Virus record (IMG/VR): IMGVR_UViG_3300044557_000292
Coordinates: 96,001 to 160,000 of that record
Length of the DNA stretch: 64,000 nt
Direction: 5' to 3' (one strand)
Source of the DNA: a virus
Taxonomy: Duplodnaviria; Heunggongvirae; Uroviricota; Caudoviricetes
This document shows, in pieces, positions 1-8,779 of this stretch (its first letter is position 1; each line of letters begins with the position of its first letter). Below the pieces are notes generated by a model. It had not been told where the DNA came from, searched no databases, and was given only the letters and a program-made list of their open reading frames with translations. Both the position numbers and the translations under genes were made by a program.

Positions 1-7
1 GATCTTA

Positions 8-412
8 TCAAGATTCGAGCTCATAGTGATCTTGGCTGAATGACCCACCCTGCAGCTCGCGGACGCACTTGTTAAGCGCGTTAACGAGCGACTTACCGCC
101 GCGTGGGTTGAGCGAGATGCTGTGATTCCAACTGTTACCGCATTCGAGGGTGTAATGGAAGTACTCGGTAAGCTCCTGTACGGTGCCCGTTTGCTTTGAG
201 ACTCGACCGCGATGCGTCTTGATGATCGTGTATGTTCTCGCGCCCTTCTTCTTCAATGTCTTGCTGGGCGCGTCCGGCGCTGACGTAACCTCTACTGGTT
301 CGAGATGCTCACCGTTCGGCCCTCTCCAGTACCCGGAGACGTGGACGCCCGCGCGATCATAATCCTCGACCCAGGTAGCGCCCTGTACCGGTGGTTCACC
401 ATGATCACTCAT
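8..412 (-). CDS. Hypothetical protein with tag-1 N-terminus (DHGEPP..GATWVEDYxRAGVHVSGYWRG)
   Basis: ORF with GGAGG SD; N-terminal ~35 aa shared with four other ORFs in the window. Confidence 0.8.
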   Translation of the reverse strand: MSDHGEPPVQGATWVEDYDRAGVHVSGYWRGPNGEHLEPVEVTSAPDAPSKTLKKKGARTYTIIKTHRGRVSKQTGTVQELTEYFHYTLECGNSWNHSISLNPRGGKSLVNALNKCVRELQGGSFSQDHYELES

Positions 413-424
413 CTTATCCTCCCT
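312..424. repeat. Tag-1 DNA repeat (RBS + first ~33 codons), near-identical to 15119-15232
   Basis: Direct comparison: ccgttcggcc..ctccagtacccgg..gacgtggacgcccgcgcg..cctcgacccaggtagcgccctgtac..caccatgatcactcatcttat in both copies. Confidence 0.9.
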
Positions 425-879
425 TATTGCGTTATAGTCATATTAACGTGCCATTGATCTAACGGTTACGTTAGCATACCATTAATCTAACGAATCAATG
501 CTCTTCTTACTAGAAATCACTGTACTCCATCGTTTCAGCCATGTGGATACGGGGATGCAAAACGTTTATACCAGATAGTAGGGCGTGATGGAATATAAGC
601 ACCGCAGCGCGCACGGAGTCAACGCTTGATTTGAGTCTTGTTTTAAGCTCTTCACCAGATAATCCATTAATCAAGTTGTGAGATCGCAGTAAGGCTGTTA
701 TTGGATAGTTAACCAATAACAGCCTTTTTCTAAAGCTCTTGAATTAAATGATGTGGCCGATAACCTCATTGGCTATTCCATCATTGAACCCAATCTAATC
801 TGCCTCTGCGATCTCACAAGGCTTGTTCCCGTCATTTAGAATATGATGCCTACTACTCTAAACAACGCGCTATGATGGA

Positions 880-3423
880 TCAATACTTCAGATCACTTCC
901 CGTCTTATCAATACTGATTGACCTGTCCTCATAGAACTCATCTATATCGCCATTAGAATCAGCAATGCGTCCAGTCTCACCCTCAAGCTGCTTAGCCCGG
1001 TGAATGATCTCCTCGTGGCGCCCGTGGACCATTGGCCTTGCGGATGGTTCACCAAGATAACCGCACACCCTCTTCACCACCTGTACCGTCGTAGGATCGT
1101 CGTTACCACATTCCGGGCACTTGTATCCATCTGACGTTGGGGCGAAGTCGCCCTGATAACCGCATAGCTCGCAGGAATCGATTGGGGTGTTAGATCCAAG
1201 GAATGGCACACCCTTCTCATAAGCATAATCCCACATGGCCTCAAGACCCTTAAGATTCTGCCTCATGGACGGGTACTCGACGTAGATGATATTCCCGCCC
1301 GCACTGTACTTCGGGCACTCGCACTCGAAGTCGATCTTACTCGCCGCCGAACCATTATCAGCGTAATGGAAGTGCGGTCTGTTCACGACCTCGAGCACGG
1401 ACGCTGTTGGCTCGTGTGGCTCTGATCCTATCCAAACGGGCCGATGGAAGCTATTCGTATAGAAATCATGGTCGGTGATACCGGGGATCACCCCGAACTT
1501 CTCCTTGTCAAGACGGGCAAGCTTGTCAGTGAGAGACTCGGCAGGTGTACCGTAAACAGAACAATGAACACCCTCCTCATCCTCCCACTGCTTGCAGAGC
1601 TTAGTGAGCTTCTTAAGGATTGAGAGCATGAACTTGTGAGCATCCTCATCCCAACCGTAGTCATTCGCCCAGTCCTTACCATAGAACATGGCCGTGGTCT
1701 CGTAGAGTCCAATGTAACCGAGGGATATGGTCGCCCTCGACCTGAGCATAAGCTTGGACACGTCATCACCATCGTGCAGACGTCCGAACCCACCGTGCTC
1801 CCATAAGCCGGGCGCGTTCTCAGGAAGCGCTTCCTGAGTCCTCTTGATCCTGAACTGGAGGGCGTGATGCGCGACCTCCATCCTCTGATTGAAGATCCTC
1901 CAGAACTTCCTCCTGTTACCATGCGACTCGATGGCGATGCGCGGGATGTTCACGGTCACCACTCCGAGGTTCATGCGGCCATCTTCCTCATCCTCGCCGG
2001 TATCTGGGTTCACCCAGCCCTGCAGGAATGAACGGCAGCCCATTGGCGCTTTGAATGAGCCAGTGACCTTGACCACATTCTCATAGAAGAGAACGTCTGG
2101 GTACATGCGCTTGCTCGTGCACTCTAAGGCAAGCTGCTTCATGTCATAATTCGGAGTGCCGGGGGCATCATTCAGGCCATGCTTGATCGTGAACGTGAGC
2201 TTGGGGAAGATGGCCGTCTTGTGCTTTGAACCGAGGCCGTTGATCCTGATGAGTAAGATGCAGCGTTGGATCTCCCTCTCGAACCAGTCCTCACCGAGAC
2301 CGAATCCAATCGTGACGAACGGAGTCTGTCCAGTGGTAGCGTGCTGCGTGTTCACCTGGTACTCGATTGTCTGCATGGCGTCATAGATGTTCTTGCGGGT
2401 GAGAATCTTCACGTAGAGGTCACGCTCGCGATCGAGTGGATCTTTGATGCCCTCATCTGGATGGTCAATGATCGTCGCTCGATTAGGAATATGAAGATTC
2501 TTGTTCTCATTCCTCTTCGCGATCACGACCATCTTGCGTGCAGTCTCGGGGTCCGTGCCGTCGGGCATGAGGGTCTTCACGATCTCCATGTTCTTGTCAT
2601 AATTCTTGCGGGCGTAGATGGAGAGAACCTCGTCTGCACGGTTGAATGACTGTCCACCATACTGGCTCGACGCCACGTCAAGCATGATCTGCGTGACTTG
2701 GGTGGCAGCAGTCTCAATGCTCTGTGGTGATCCCATCTCAGCATTGCCAAGCATGAACCCATTGGCAAGCATGTCTTTGAAGTTCGGTAGAGAACAGTTC
2801 GTCATTGGAGTGAATGGCGAATAGTCAGCGTCATGGAAGTGGATGTCGCCCTTCGCATGAGCGTTCGCCACATCAGCTGGCAGCATCTTAAGGGCTATCG
2901 AACGCGACACGGTTCCAGCGAGAAGATCCCTCTGCGTGGAGTAAACGCGGGAGTCCTTATTAGCGTTCTCGTTCACGAGGGTCTTATCCTTGCCGACGAA
3001 CCTCTCGATCTCGTGGTTGATGTCTAGGGACTTAGCGCGCTTGATGTCCCTGGAGAGCCTGTAGTCAGTGTATGACTTGGCCACGTCATACCATCCATGA
3101 TTGATGATCTCATGCTCGACCAGGTTCTGGATGTCCTCGATATGGACGGGCTGCGTGTACCTTTCCTTCACCGTCGACTCGATCTCGGCTGCTATAGAGC
3201 TGATCTGGTCGTCCTGACCCTTAGTGGTAGTCTTGCCGACATCATGGAAGGCAAGACTGATGGCTCGTATGATGTTCTCACCGTCGAAGTCAACGATCCT
3301 ACCATCCCTCTTCAGAACGTTGATCGGCTCATAATTGTCAAGATCATCCCCGTCATACTGATGCTCATCGGTCTTGTCGTCTACTTGAGCTCTTACCTCT
3401 GGTTCTATCAATAATGCTGTCAA
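880..3423 (-). CDS. nrdD: Anaerobic (class III) ribonucleoside-triphosphate reductase
   Basis: ATP-cone (VLKRDGR), ENANKD, IHFHD, MGCRSFL, CxxC..CxxC metal site, glycyl-radical motif RVCGYL; AAGGAG SD before TTG. Confidence 0.97.
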   Translation of the reverse strand: MTALLIEPEVRAQVDDKTDEHQYDGDDLDNYEPINVLKRDGRIVDFDGENIIRAISLAFHDVGKTTTKGQDDQISSIAAEIESTVKERYTQPVHIEDIQNLVEHEIINHGWYDVAKSYTDYRLSRDIKRAKSLDINHEIERFVGKDKTLVNENANKDSRVYSTQRDLLAGTVSRSIALKMLPADVANAHAKGDIHFHDADYSPFTPMTNCSLPNFKDMLANGFMLGNAEMGSPQSIETAATQVTQIMLDVASSQYGGQSFNRADEVLSIYARKNYDKNMEIVKTLMPDGTDPETARKMVVIAKRNENKNLHIPNRATIIDHPDEGIKDPLDRERDLYVKILTRKNIYDAMQTIEYQVNTQHATTGQTPFVTIGFGLGEDWFEREIQRCILLIRINGLGSKHKTAIFPKLTFTIKHGLNDAPGTPNYDMKQLALECTSKRMYPDVLFYENVVKVTGSFKAPMGCRSFLQGWVNPDTGEDEEDGRMNLGVVTVNIPRIAIESHGNRRKFWRIFNQRMEVAHHALQFRIKRTQEALPENAPGLWEHGGFGRLHDGDDVSKLMLRSRATISLGYIGLYETTAMFYGKDWANDYGWDEDAHKFMLSILKKLTKLCKQWEDEEGVHCSVYGTPAESLTDKLARLDKEKFGVIPGITDHDFYTNSFHRPVWIGSEPHEPTASVLEVVNRPHFHYADNGSAASKIDFECECPKYSAGGNIIYVEYPSMRQNLKGLEAMWDYAYEKGVPFLGSNTPIDSCELCGYQGDFAPTSDGYKCPECGNDDPTTVQVVKRVCGYLGEPSARPMVHGRHEEIIHRAKQLEGETGRIADSNGDIDEFYEDRSISIDKTGSDLKY

Positions 3424-3599
3424 CTCTTATACTCCTTCTGCTACCTGTTCTAGGGGAGTCTTCACCTAGGTCGCCCCCTACCTGCTGATCATTCCGTTTC
3501 ACTGGATTCACCTCGGGATCCCGTGAATGCGTGTAATGAAAATCTAACGCGCTGATGTATCCTACAGTGTTAAGATATGTATATGGTACCCCTCAGGAA

Positions 3600-3647
3600 A
3601 CACTACGGGTTGCGTTGCTATACAATGAATCTCACTACATATTGCGC
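3600..3647. promoter_or_regulatory. Tandem NrdR-box-like operators upstream of nrdD
   Basis: aCACTACgggTTGCGt (3600-3615) and tCACTACataTTGCGc (3632-3647), 32 bp apart, resembling the NrdR box (CACwAtATaTwGtG) and its usual tandem spacing. Confidence 0.6.
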
Positions 3648-3825
3648 TTTTGAGCTCATTGATCCTTATAGAATTCTATAGAATATTGTAGAATTTCCTT
3701 CCACTCTCCGCGGGCTTATTGACCTTAAGACGATCTTATTTGTGAGTCTACAGTAGTTAGATTTAACGTGATGATATTTATTATGATGAAACATCATATT
3801 ATAGGGGTTATAGTACGAGGAGAGT

Positions 3826-4392
3826 TTGGACATGAGTGTGAACGAAGCGGTAAGAGACGCAATATGGGTGAAGCCGTACGAACGAGCTGGAGTACATGTC
3901 CGCGGGTACTGGAAGAGTCCCAACGTGGGTAAGATTCATGACGAGTCTCCTAACGTAGATCAACGCGAGCAGATTCTTGGAAGGTCAACTGCAATTGATC
4001 ATTACGCCCGCCGTCCAATGATTCGAGACTACACGTTCGAGGGCGTGAAGTTCAGGGTTGATGGGGCCACGTCGTCCGGTAGAGCTATCATAGGGGCGTT
4101 CACATCAGTCGCAGAGCATCTTCACCATGTGGATGGGGTGTTCCCATGGATGAACGATGAGGAGCTTGATGAGAAGATCAGGAATGAGAACATCGCCCTC
4201 ACGAATCCGCATAACGATGCTGATTCCATTAGAAGGAAGATCGGCGCGCTTGAGGAGGAGTACTCTGATAGGACTCATGAGAAGGTTCGAGATCATATGG
4301 ATGAGGTCATTACCGAGCTGTCGCGCCATAAGGTGAAGTATCAATCCCTGCGGTCTGTTCTCAAGACCATGCTTGAATCATATAAACTGTAA
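3826..4392 (+). CDS. Hypothetical protein with tag-1 N-terminus (WVKPYERAGVHVRGYWKSP)
   Basis: ORF with GAGGAG SD (start 3826 or 3832); shortened tag-1 motif. Confidence 0.8.
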   Translation: MDMSVNEAVRDAIWVKPYERAGVHVRGYWKSPNVGKIHDESPNVDQREQILGRSTAIDHYARRPMIRDYTFEGVKFRVDGATSSGRAIIGAFTSVAEHLHHVDGVFPWMNDEELDEKIRNENIALTNPHNDADSIRRKIGALEEEYSDRTHEKVRDHMDEVITELSRHKVKYQSLRSVLKTMLESYKL

Positions 4393-4432
4393 CAGGGCCC
4401 CCGTCTCTTTAATAGTATAAGAGGCTCTGTTA
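4390..4432. terminator. Possible bidirectional terminator hairpin
   Basis: taacagggcc...ggctctgtta inverted repeat between convergent ORFs. Confidence 0.4.
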
Positions 4433-4452
4433 ACCGCGATCACGCTTAGCGT

Positions 4453-4767
4453 TTACGCCCAGGTACCGTTCCTCTTGGCCTCATCAAGGAGACGATCATG
4501 CTCTTCCTCAATCCTAGCATAATGTTCTATATCTTCATCATTGGCGTTCTTCCACTCAGCTATGGCAGCATCGTCAACAGCGCGATTCGCATTATGGACT
4601 ATTCTTGACAGGTATGACGCCCTTCTAGCAGGACCAAACTTGTATCCAGACGTTATAGTTCTCAGTCGACCGAATAGGTATGCTAGCGAAGCAACGCCTG
4701 ATATGATGGCCGCCAGCCCCGTTACTGCTAAGCCGCCCCTAATGATCTTTCCTATTGTCCTCATCAT
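4453..4767 (-). CDS. Small membrane protein
   Basis: N-terminal hydrophobic helix, GAGGGG SD, ATATCTT motif upstream (4829-4835). Confidence 0.65.
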   Translation of the reverse strand: MMRTIGKIIRGGLAVTGLAAIISGVASLAYLFGRLRTITSGYKFGPARRASYLSRIVHNANRAVDDAAIAEWKNANDEDIEHYARIEEEHDRLLDEAKRNGTWA

Positions 4768-4858
4768 AACCCCCTCGACTTTCGTTCAGAATGATAGTTA
4801 ACAGTTACACTGTTATTATAACGGTAATAAGATATGTGGAAAGAGTAAGCTATAGTAA

Positions 4859-5818
4859 TCATTCCGCCTTATTGATCTCATTGAGGGCGTTGCCCACAGA
4901 CGACCTCTTGAACTTGATGTTCTTACGCTCTGACTCTGGGGTGGACTCCCATATGCTCATGAGCTGATCTGTGGTCACGGTCAAAGGCTCATCATCCCCA
5001 CCACTGGGGTACACTGTCCACGAGTGCTGCGCACCACACGTGAAGTCCTCGGTGGAATCATCTGAATCCCTCTTCACCGTGACCCTATAAGCCTCACTCG
5101 TTAACGGCTCGTACTTCTCGATCACACGATGCCATTCCCCGTCATCACCGACCACATGATCGCCAACCTTAAGCTCACCTAGATTCCTCCTGCCCTCAAG
5201 ACTGGGGACGATCGTGGCGGCAGCAAGCGCCTTGGCGGGTGATGACGTGTCGAGCAGCTCGCCGGCCTCGTCGACCATGACCATGAGAGCGCTACCGGCG
5301 TTCTCCATGTCGAGGAAGTTGTTATGGCCGGCTGCCTCCATGTCCCCATACCTGTCCATCATGGTCTCCTGGGCGAAACGGAGAACCTCGATCGCGTCCT
5401 CCAGGGTCGTGGCCACACCGATGATCGCGTTCGTGTACGGCTTGTAGGCAGAGAGCTCCACACGCTTTAGATCAATGGCAAGCATCTTGATCTCTTTAGA
5501 ATGCGTGATGATATGATCAACGATGTTACGCTGGGCGACGCTCTTACCGCCTCCAGTGTTATGGGTTAGCAATACCGAATCTGACGATTTGTCACGGAGT
5601 TCATATGAATGTGTTTTGTGTTCTACTCGGATGCACCTGACCGGTTCTTGTGGAAGATCATCAACAGATTTGATTCTCATCCATCCATGGCTGATGGAAG
5701 ATGGAATCAGGTAACGATCATATCCATCTTCAACAAGCTTCTTCATGTCAATGACTCTGACGCGCTTAAGATTACGATCCCATACCGTCCAGAGGTGTTC
5801 CTCATCGCACTTAATCAT
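4859..5818 (-). CDS. FtsK/SpoIIIE(TcpA)-family ATPase core fragment flanked by split-intein halves: Int2C (5558-5818) - extein (5231-5557) - Int3N (4859-5230)
   Basis: ..HLW..VRCIRV..LLTHN|TGGGKS; FtsK motifs IDLKRVEL, MMDRY and Walker B MVMVDEAGEL; then K|ALAAATIVP..LGELKVGDHV..CGAQHSW and a stop without intein blocks F/G. Confidence 0.9.
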   Translation of the reverse strand: MIKCDEEHLWTVWDRNLKRVRVIDMKKLVEDGYDRYLIPSSISHGWMRIKSVDDLPQEPVRCIRVEHKTHSYELRDKSSDSVLLTHNTGGGKSVAQRNIVDHIITHSKEIKMLAIDLKRVELSAYKPYTNAIIGVATTLEDAIEVLRFAQETMMDRYGDMEAAGHNNFLDMENAGSALMVMVDEAGELLDTSSPAKALAAATIVPSLEGRRNLGELKVGDHVVGDDGEWHRVIEKYEPLTSEAYRVTVKRDSDDSTEDFTCGAQHSWTVYPSGGDDEPLTVTTDQLMSIWESTPESERKNIKFKRSSVGNALNEINKAE

Positions 5819-5824
5819 ATGTGC

Positions 5825-5831
5825 AAGATAT
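5825..5831 (-). promoter_or_regulatory. Class-B leaderless promoter -10 (ATATCTT-N6-ATG) of the ATPase core fragment
   Basis: Same motif and spacing at seven other starts in the window. Confidence 0.7.
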
Positions 5832-5938
5832 CATTGGGTGATATTCCCGTTAACGGTTGCAACGTCTGTCGCATAAACGTTTTATTTTTATGACGTAAGA
5901 TATTGTTTCATCTGTAATAGAATGGTATAATGTATTGT

Positions 5939-8779
5939 ATGTTGACTTTATTAGAATCTAAGCCCTTAGCATCTAAGTTATGGGATAAGACCAAGAATAG
6001 CACGCCATTGGAATCAATTGATTCCAACGATGATAAGGAATATTATTGGACATGCAAGAATCATGGTCATAGCTTCAAGATGTCCCCAAAGAATATTCCC
6101 AATGATTCCAGATTCTGTCCCTTTCATACGCTTTTGCTTATACCAGGTCTTAATGATCTACAAACGGTAGATCCTTCGATAGCCAGTTGGTTTGCTGAGG
6201 ATCTTAACGGCGTGCCAGCAAGCAGAATCAGGGCGAATTCAGGGAAAAGGTTCTGGTGGCGCGACCCCAGGCATCATGATCATGTTTGGCAGTCCTCTCT
6301 TTCCAATAGACGAGGGCAACGATCTGGTTGCCCAATATGTAGCGGTCATGTTCTTCTATCGGGAGTGAATGACATAGCCACAATGGATCCAGTTGAGTCA
6401 GAAATGCTGGATACGGAAAAGAATCACGGGTTGACTCCTGATAAGATTCGATATGGATCTAATGCGAAAATATGGTGGAAATGTTCTAGGGGCCACTCGT
6501 TCCTCAAATCGCCCTCATGGATGAGGAATAATGGTGGTAAGTGCGAGCAGTGTGAGATGGAAGACACTTTATCGATAGCGGCTATGTACCCGGATTTAAT
6601 TCCTTGGTTTGATGATGGTTGCAATAAAGATTCCGCCGATCATACCCCGGCAAAGACCATGATGAAAGTTCATTGGAGGTGTTTTAAGGGTCATGCGTTC
6701 ACCATGAGGCCGTATGATATAGAACATGCTTCTCATAAGTGCGTAAGATGTTATGGGAAGGTGAAGAAACGTGTTGTTGAGGGGATAAACGATCTTGCAT
6801 CTCAACGTCCTGACTTATTAAAGCGGTGGGCTTATGATCGTAATAAAGATGATCCCAAAACGGTCAGGATTACTTCTAATAAAGAGTACTGGTGGACGTG
6901 CAAAGAACATCCTGATCATTTGTTCAAGTGCTCTGTGAAGAGAATGAGCTCTCTCGCTAAGAATCAGTGCCCGTATTGCTCTGGAGAAGAGACTCTAGTT
7001 GGGTTCAATGACCTCTTCACCATGATTCCAGAGTTCAAAGGAATATGGGATTACGAGAACAATGCGATTGATCCATCAACAATCCGCGTACAAACTAGAG
7101 GTACTGGAGCTTGGTGCAATAATGATGATGTTCTTTCCTGGAGGTGTTCTAAGGGTCATCACTGGAAATGCAAGATTTCAGATCTTCGAAGAGGCAATCA
7201 CAAGCATTGTCCATACTGCTTGGGAAAGATTATGCTTCCTGATCATTCTAATAGCATTGCGTCAGATTATCCAATTGTTCTTAAGGAATGGTTTTCTGAT
7301 AAGAATGGCGACCCCAACAATATAACTACAGGATCTTCGATAAGAAGCAAGATCTATTGGAAATGCTCTAATTGCGGAGGAATATGGAAGACGCGACCGT
7401 TCTACTATATTAACAACGTATCTTTTAAGCATGACAATAACTGTCCTTATTGCCACGATCGGGAGTTACTGACCGGTCTCAACGATCTTGCCACCAGGCG
7501 GCCAGATCTGATTCCAATGTGGTCAGAGAAGAATGACAAGGGTCCAGGTGAGTACATCTTCAACAGTCATGAAGAGGTGATATGGAAGTGCCCGGCTGGT
7601 CATCATCGTGAATGGAGAGATTCCATTCGCAATGAGGTCAACGGAGGGTACACTGCTGGATGCTACGTCTGCAAGAATAAGGTCTATTCGCTTGGAGAGA
7701 ACGATCTTGCTACGCTGCGCCCAGATCTGGTAAAAGAATGGGCGTATGATCTCAATAAGACCAGACCAGAAGATCATATGATCAATGATAGAACGCCAAT
7801 TATGTGGAGGTGCAAGAATGGCCATGTATGGACTTGTTCTATTTCCGGAAGAGCATTTGATCATAATGGGTCTTGTTTCAGATGCGCATCTGGTCTTCAT
7901 ACGAGTGAACCAGAGAATGAGATTACCAGTTATCTAAGATCTATTCTTGGACATGATGAGATAATCGTTAATAACGATAGAAAGATTCTTGGAGGACCCG
8001 AGCTTGACATTTATCTTCCTAACCGTCATGTCGCTATTGAATATAATGGTCTCTATTGGCATTCGGTTCTAGTAGACAATCAATTCAATAAGACTCGTCA
8101 TTATGAGAAATACACGTCTTGCAAGCAATTGGGAATCCGCCTCATACAGATCTGGGAAGATCAGTGGCTCGATCACCCCGATATTGTTAAGGACTCATTG
8201 AGAGCAATACTGAAGCCTGAGACCATGATTAAGGAGAACGCTCGGTCACTTCATGTCGAAGAACCAGAGAGATCATATGCTCAGAAGTTTCTTGATGAGA
8301 ATCACATTCAAGGGCATGCGGGAGGATGCTCATACCTCGCTCTCGTCGATGATCATCATATGATTAAGGCCTGCATGGCTTACAGGGTGAATGATTCCGA
8401 GTTCAATCTTGTTCGATATGCGTCCGAGCTAGGTCATAACGTAAGAGGTGGATTGAGCAAGCTTTTAAAGCATTCGATAAGCATCGTGAATAAAGACGAT
8501 AAACGGGTAGATCATGTGGTGACATTCAGTGATAACACGATTAGCGAGGGTGCGTCATATGAGAAGATAGGATTCCACATTGATAAGGAAATTCCTCCAG
8601 ATTACTCTTACGTGAGTGGGAAGCATCGTTTCCACAAGTTCTTGTATCGTAAGAAGAGATTCCGTGATGATCCTGATCTTAAGTATGATCCAACTGCTCA
8701 TGAGTCAGAGCTTGCTGAGATGAATGGTCTTAATCGTATCTACGATGCGGGTAAGATCCGCTGGAGGATGAACGTCTAG
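5939..8779 (+). CDS. Free-standing putative homing endonuclease: ~9 Zn-ribbon repeats + Vsr/DUF559-like PD-(D/E)XK nuclease + Hef-like C-terminal domain
   Basis: Repeated GxNDL..P.L..W....N....WWxCxxGHxW..CPxC units; SEPE..ELDIY..AIEYNGLYWH..IQIWEDQW; C-terminal FLDENHIQG..RYAS..GGLSKL..IYDAGK; start from GGTATAAT-N7-ATG. Confidence 0.85.
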   Translation: MLTLLESKPLASKLWDKTKNSTPLESIDSNDDKEYYWTCKNHGHSFKMSPKNIPNDSRFCPFHTLLLIPGLNDLQTVDPSIASWFAEDLNGVPASRIRANSGKRFWWRDPRHHDHVWQSSLSNRRGQRSGCPICSGHVLLSGVNDIATMDPVESEMLDTEKNHGLTPDKIRYGSNAKIWWKCSRGHSFLKSPSWMRNNGGKCEQCEMEDTLSIAAMYPDLIPWFDDGCNKDSADHTPAKTMMKVHWRCFKGHAFTMRPYDIEHASHKCVRCYGKVKKRVVEGINDLASQRPDLLKRWAYDRNKDDPKTVRITSNKEYWWTCKEHPDHLFKCSVKRMSSLAKNQCPYCSGEETLVGFNDLFTMIPEFKGIWDYENNAIDPSTIRVQTRGTGAWCNNDDVLSWRCSKGHHWKCKISDLRRGNHKHCPYCLGKIMLPDHSNSIASDYPIVLKEWFSDKNGDPNNITTGSSIRSKIYWKCSNCGGIWKTRPFYYINNVSFKHDNNCPYCHDRELLTGLNDLATRRPDLIPMWSEKNDKGPGEYIFNSHEEVIWKCPAGHHREWRDSIRNEVNGGYTAGCYVCKNKVYSLGENDLATLRPDLVKEWAYDLNKTRPEDHMINDRTPIMWRCKNGHVWTCSISGRAFDHNGSCFRCASGLHTSEPENEITSYLRSILGHDEIIVNNDRKILGGPELDIYLPNRHVAIEYNGLYWHSVLVDNQFNKTRHYEKYTSCKQLGIRLIQIWEDQWLDHPDIVKDSLRAILKPETMIKENARSLHVEEPERSYAQKFLDENHIQGHAGGCSYLALVDDHHMIKACMAYRVNDSEFNLVRYASELGHNVRGGLSKLLKHSISIVNKDDKRVDHVVTFSDNTISEGASYEKIGFHIDKEIPPDYSYVSGKHRFHKFLYRKKRFRDDPDLKYDPTAHESELAEMNGLNRIYDAGKIRWRMNV

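Noticed and set aside
1488-3414. Many short ORFs overlapping nrdD, and similar ones over other long genes
   Set aside because: Antisense or alternate-frame shadows without RBS, promoter motif or recognisable domains.
3424-3540. Cobalamin or other known riboswitch in the nrdD leader
   Set aside because: Hairpins are present but I could not find a B12-box or another recognisable aptamer consensus.
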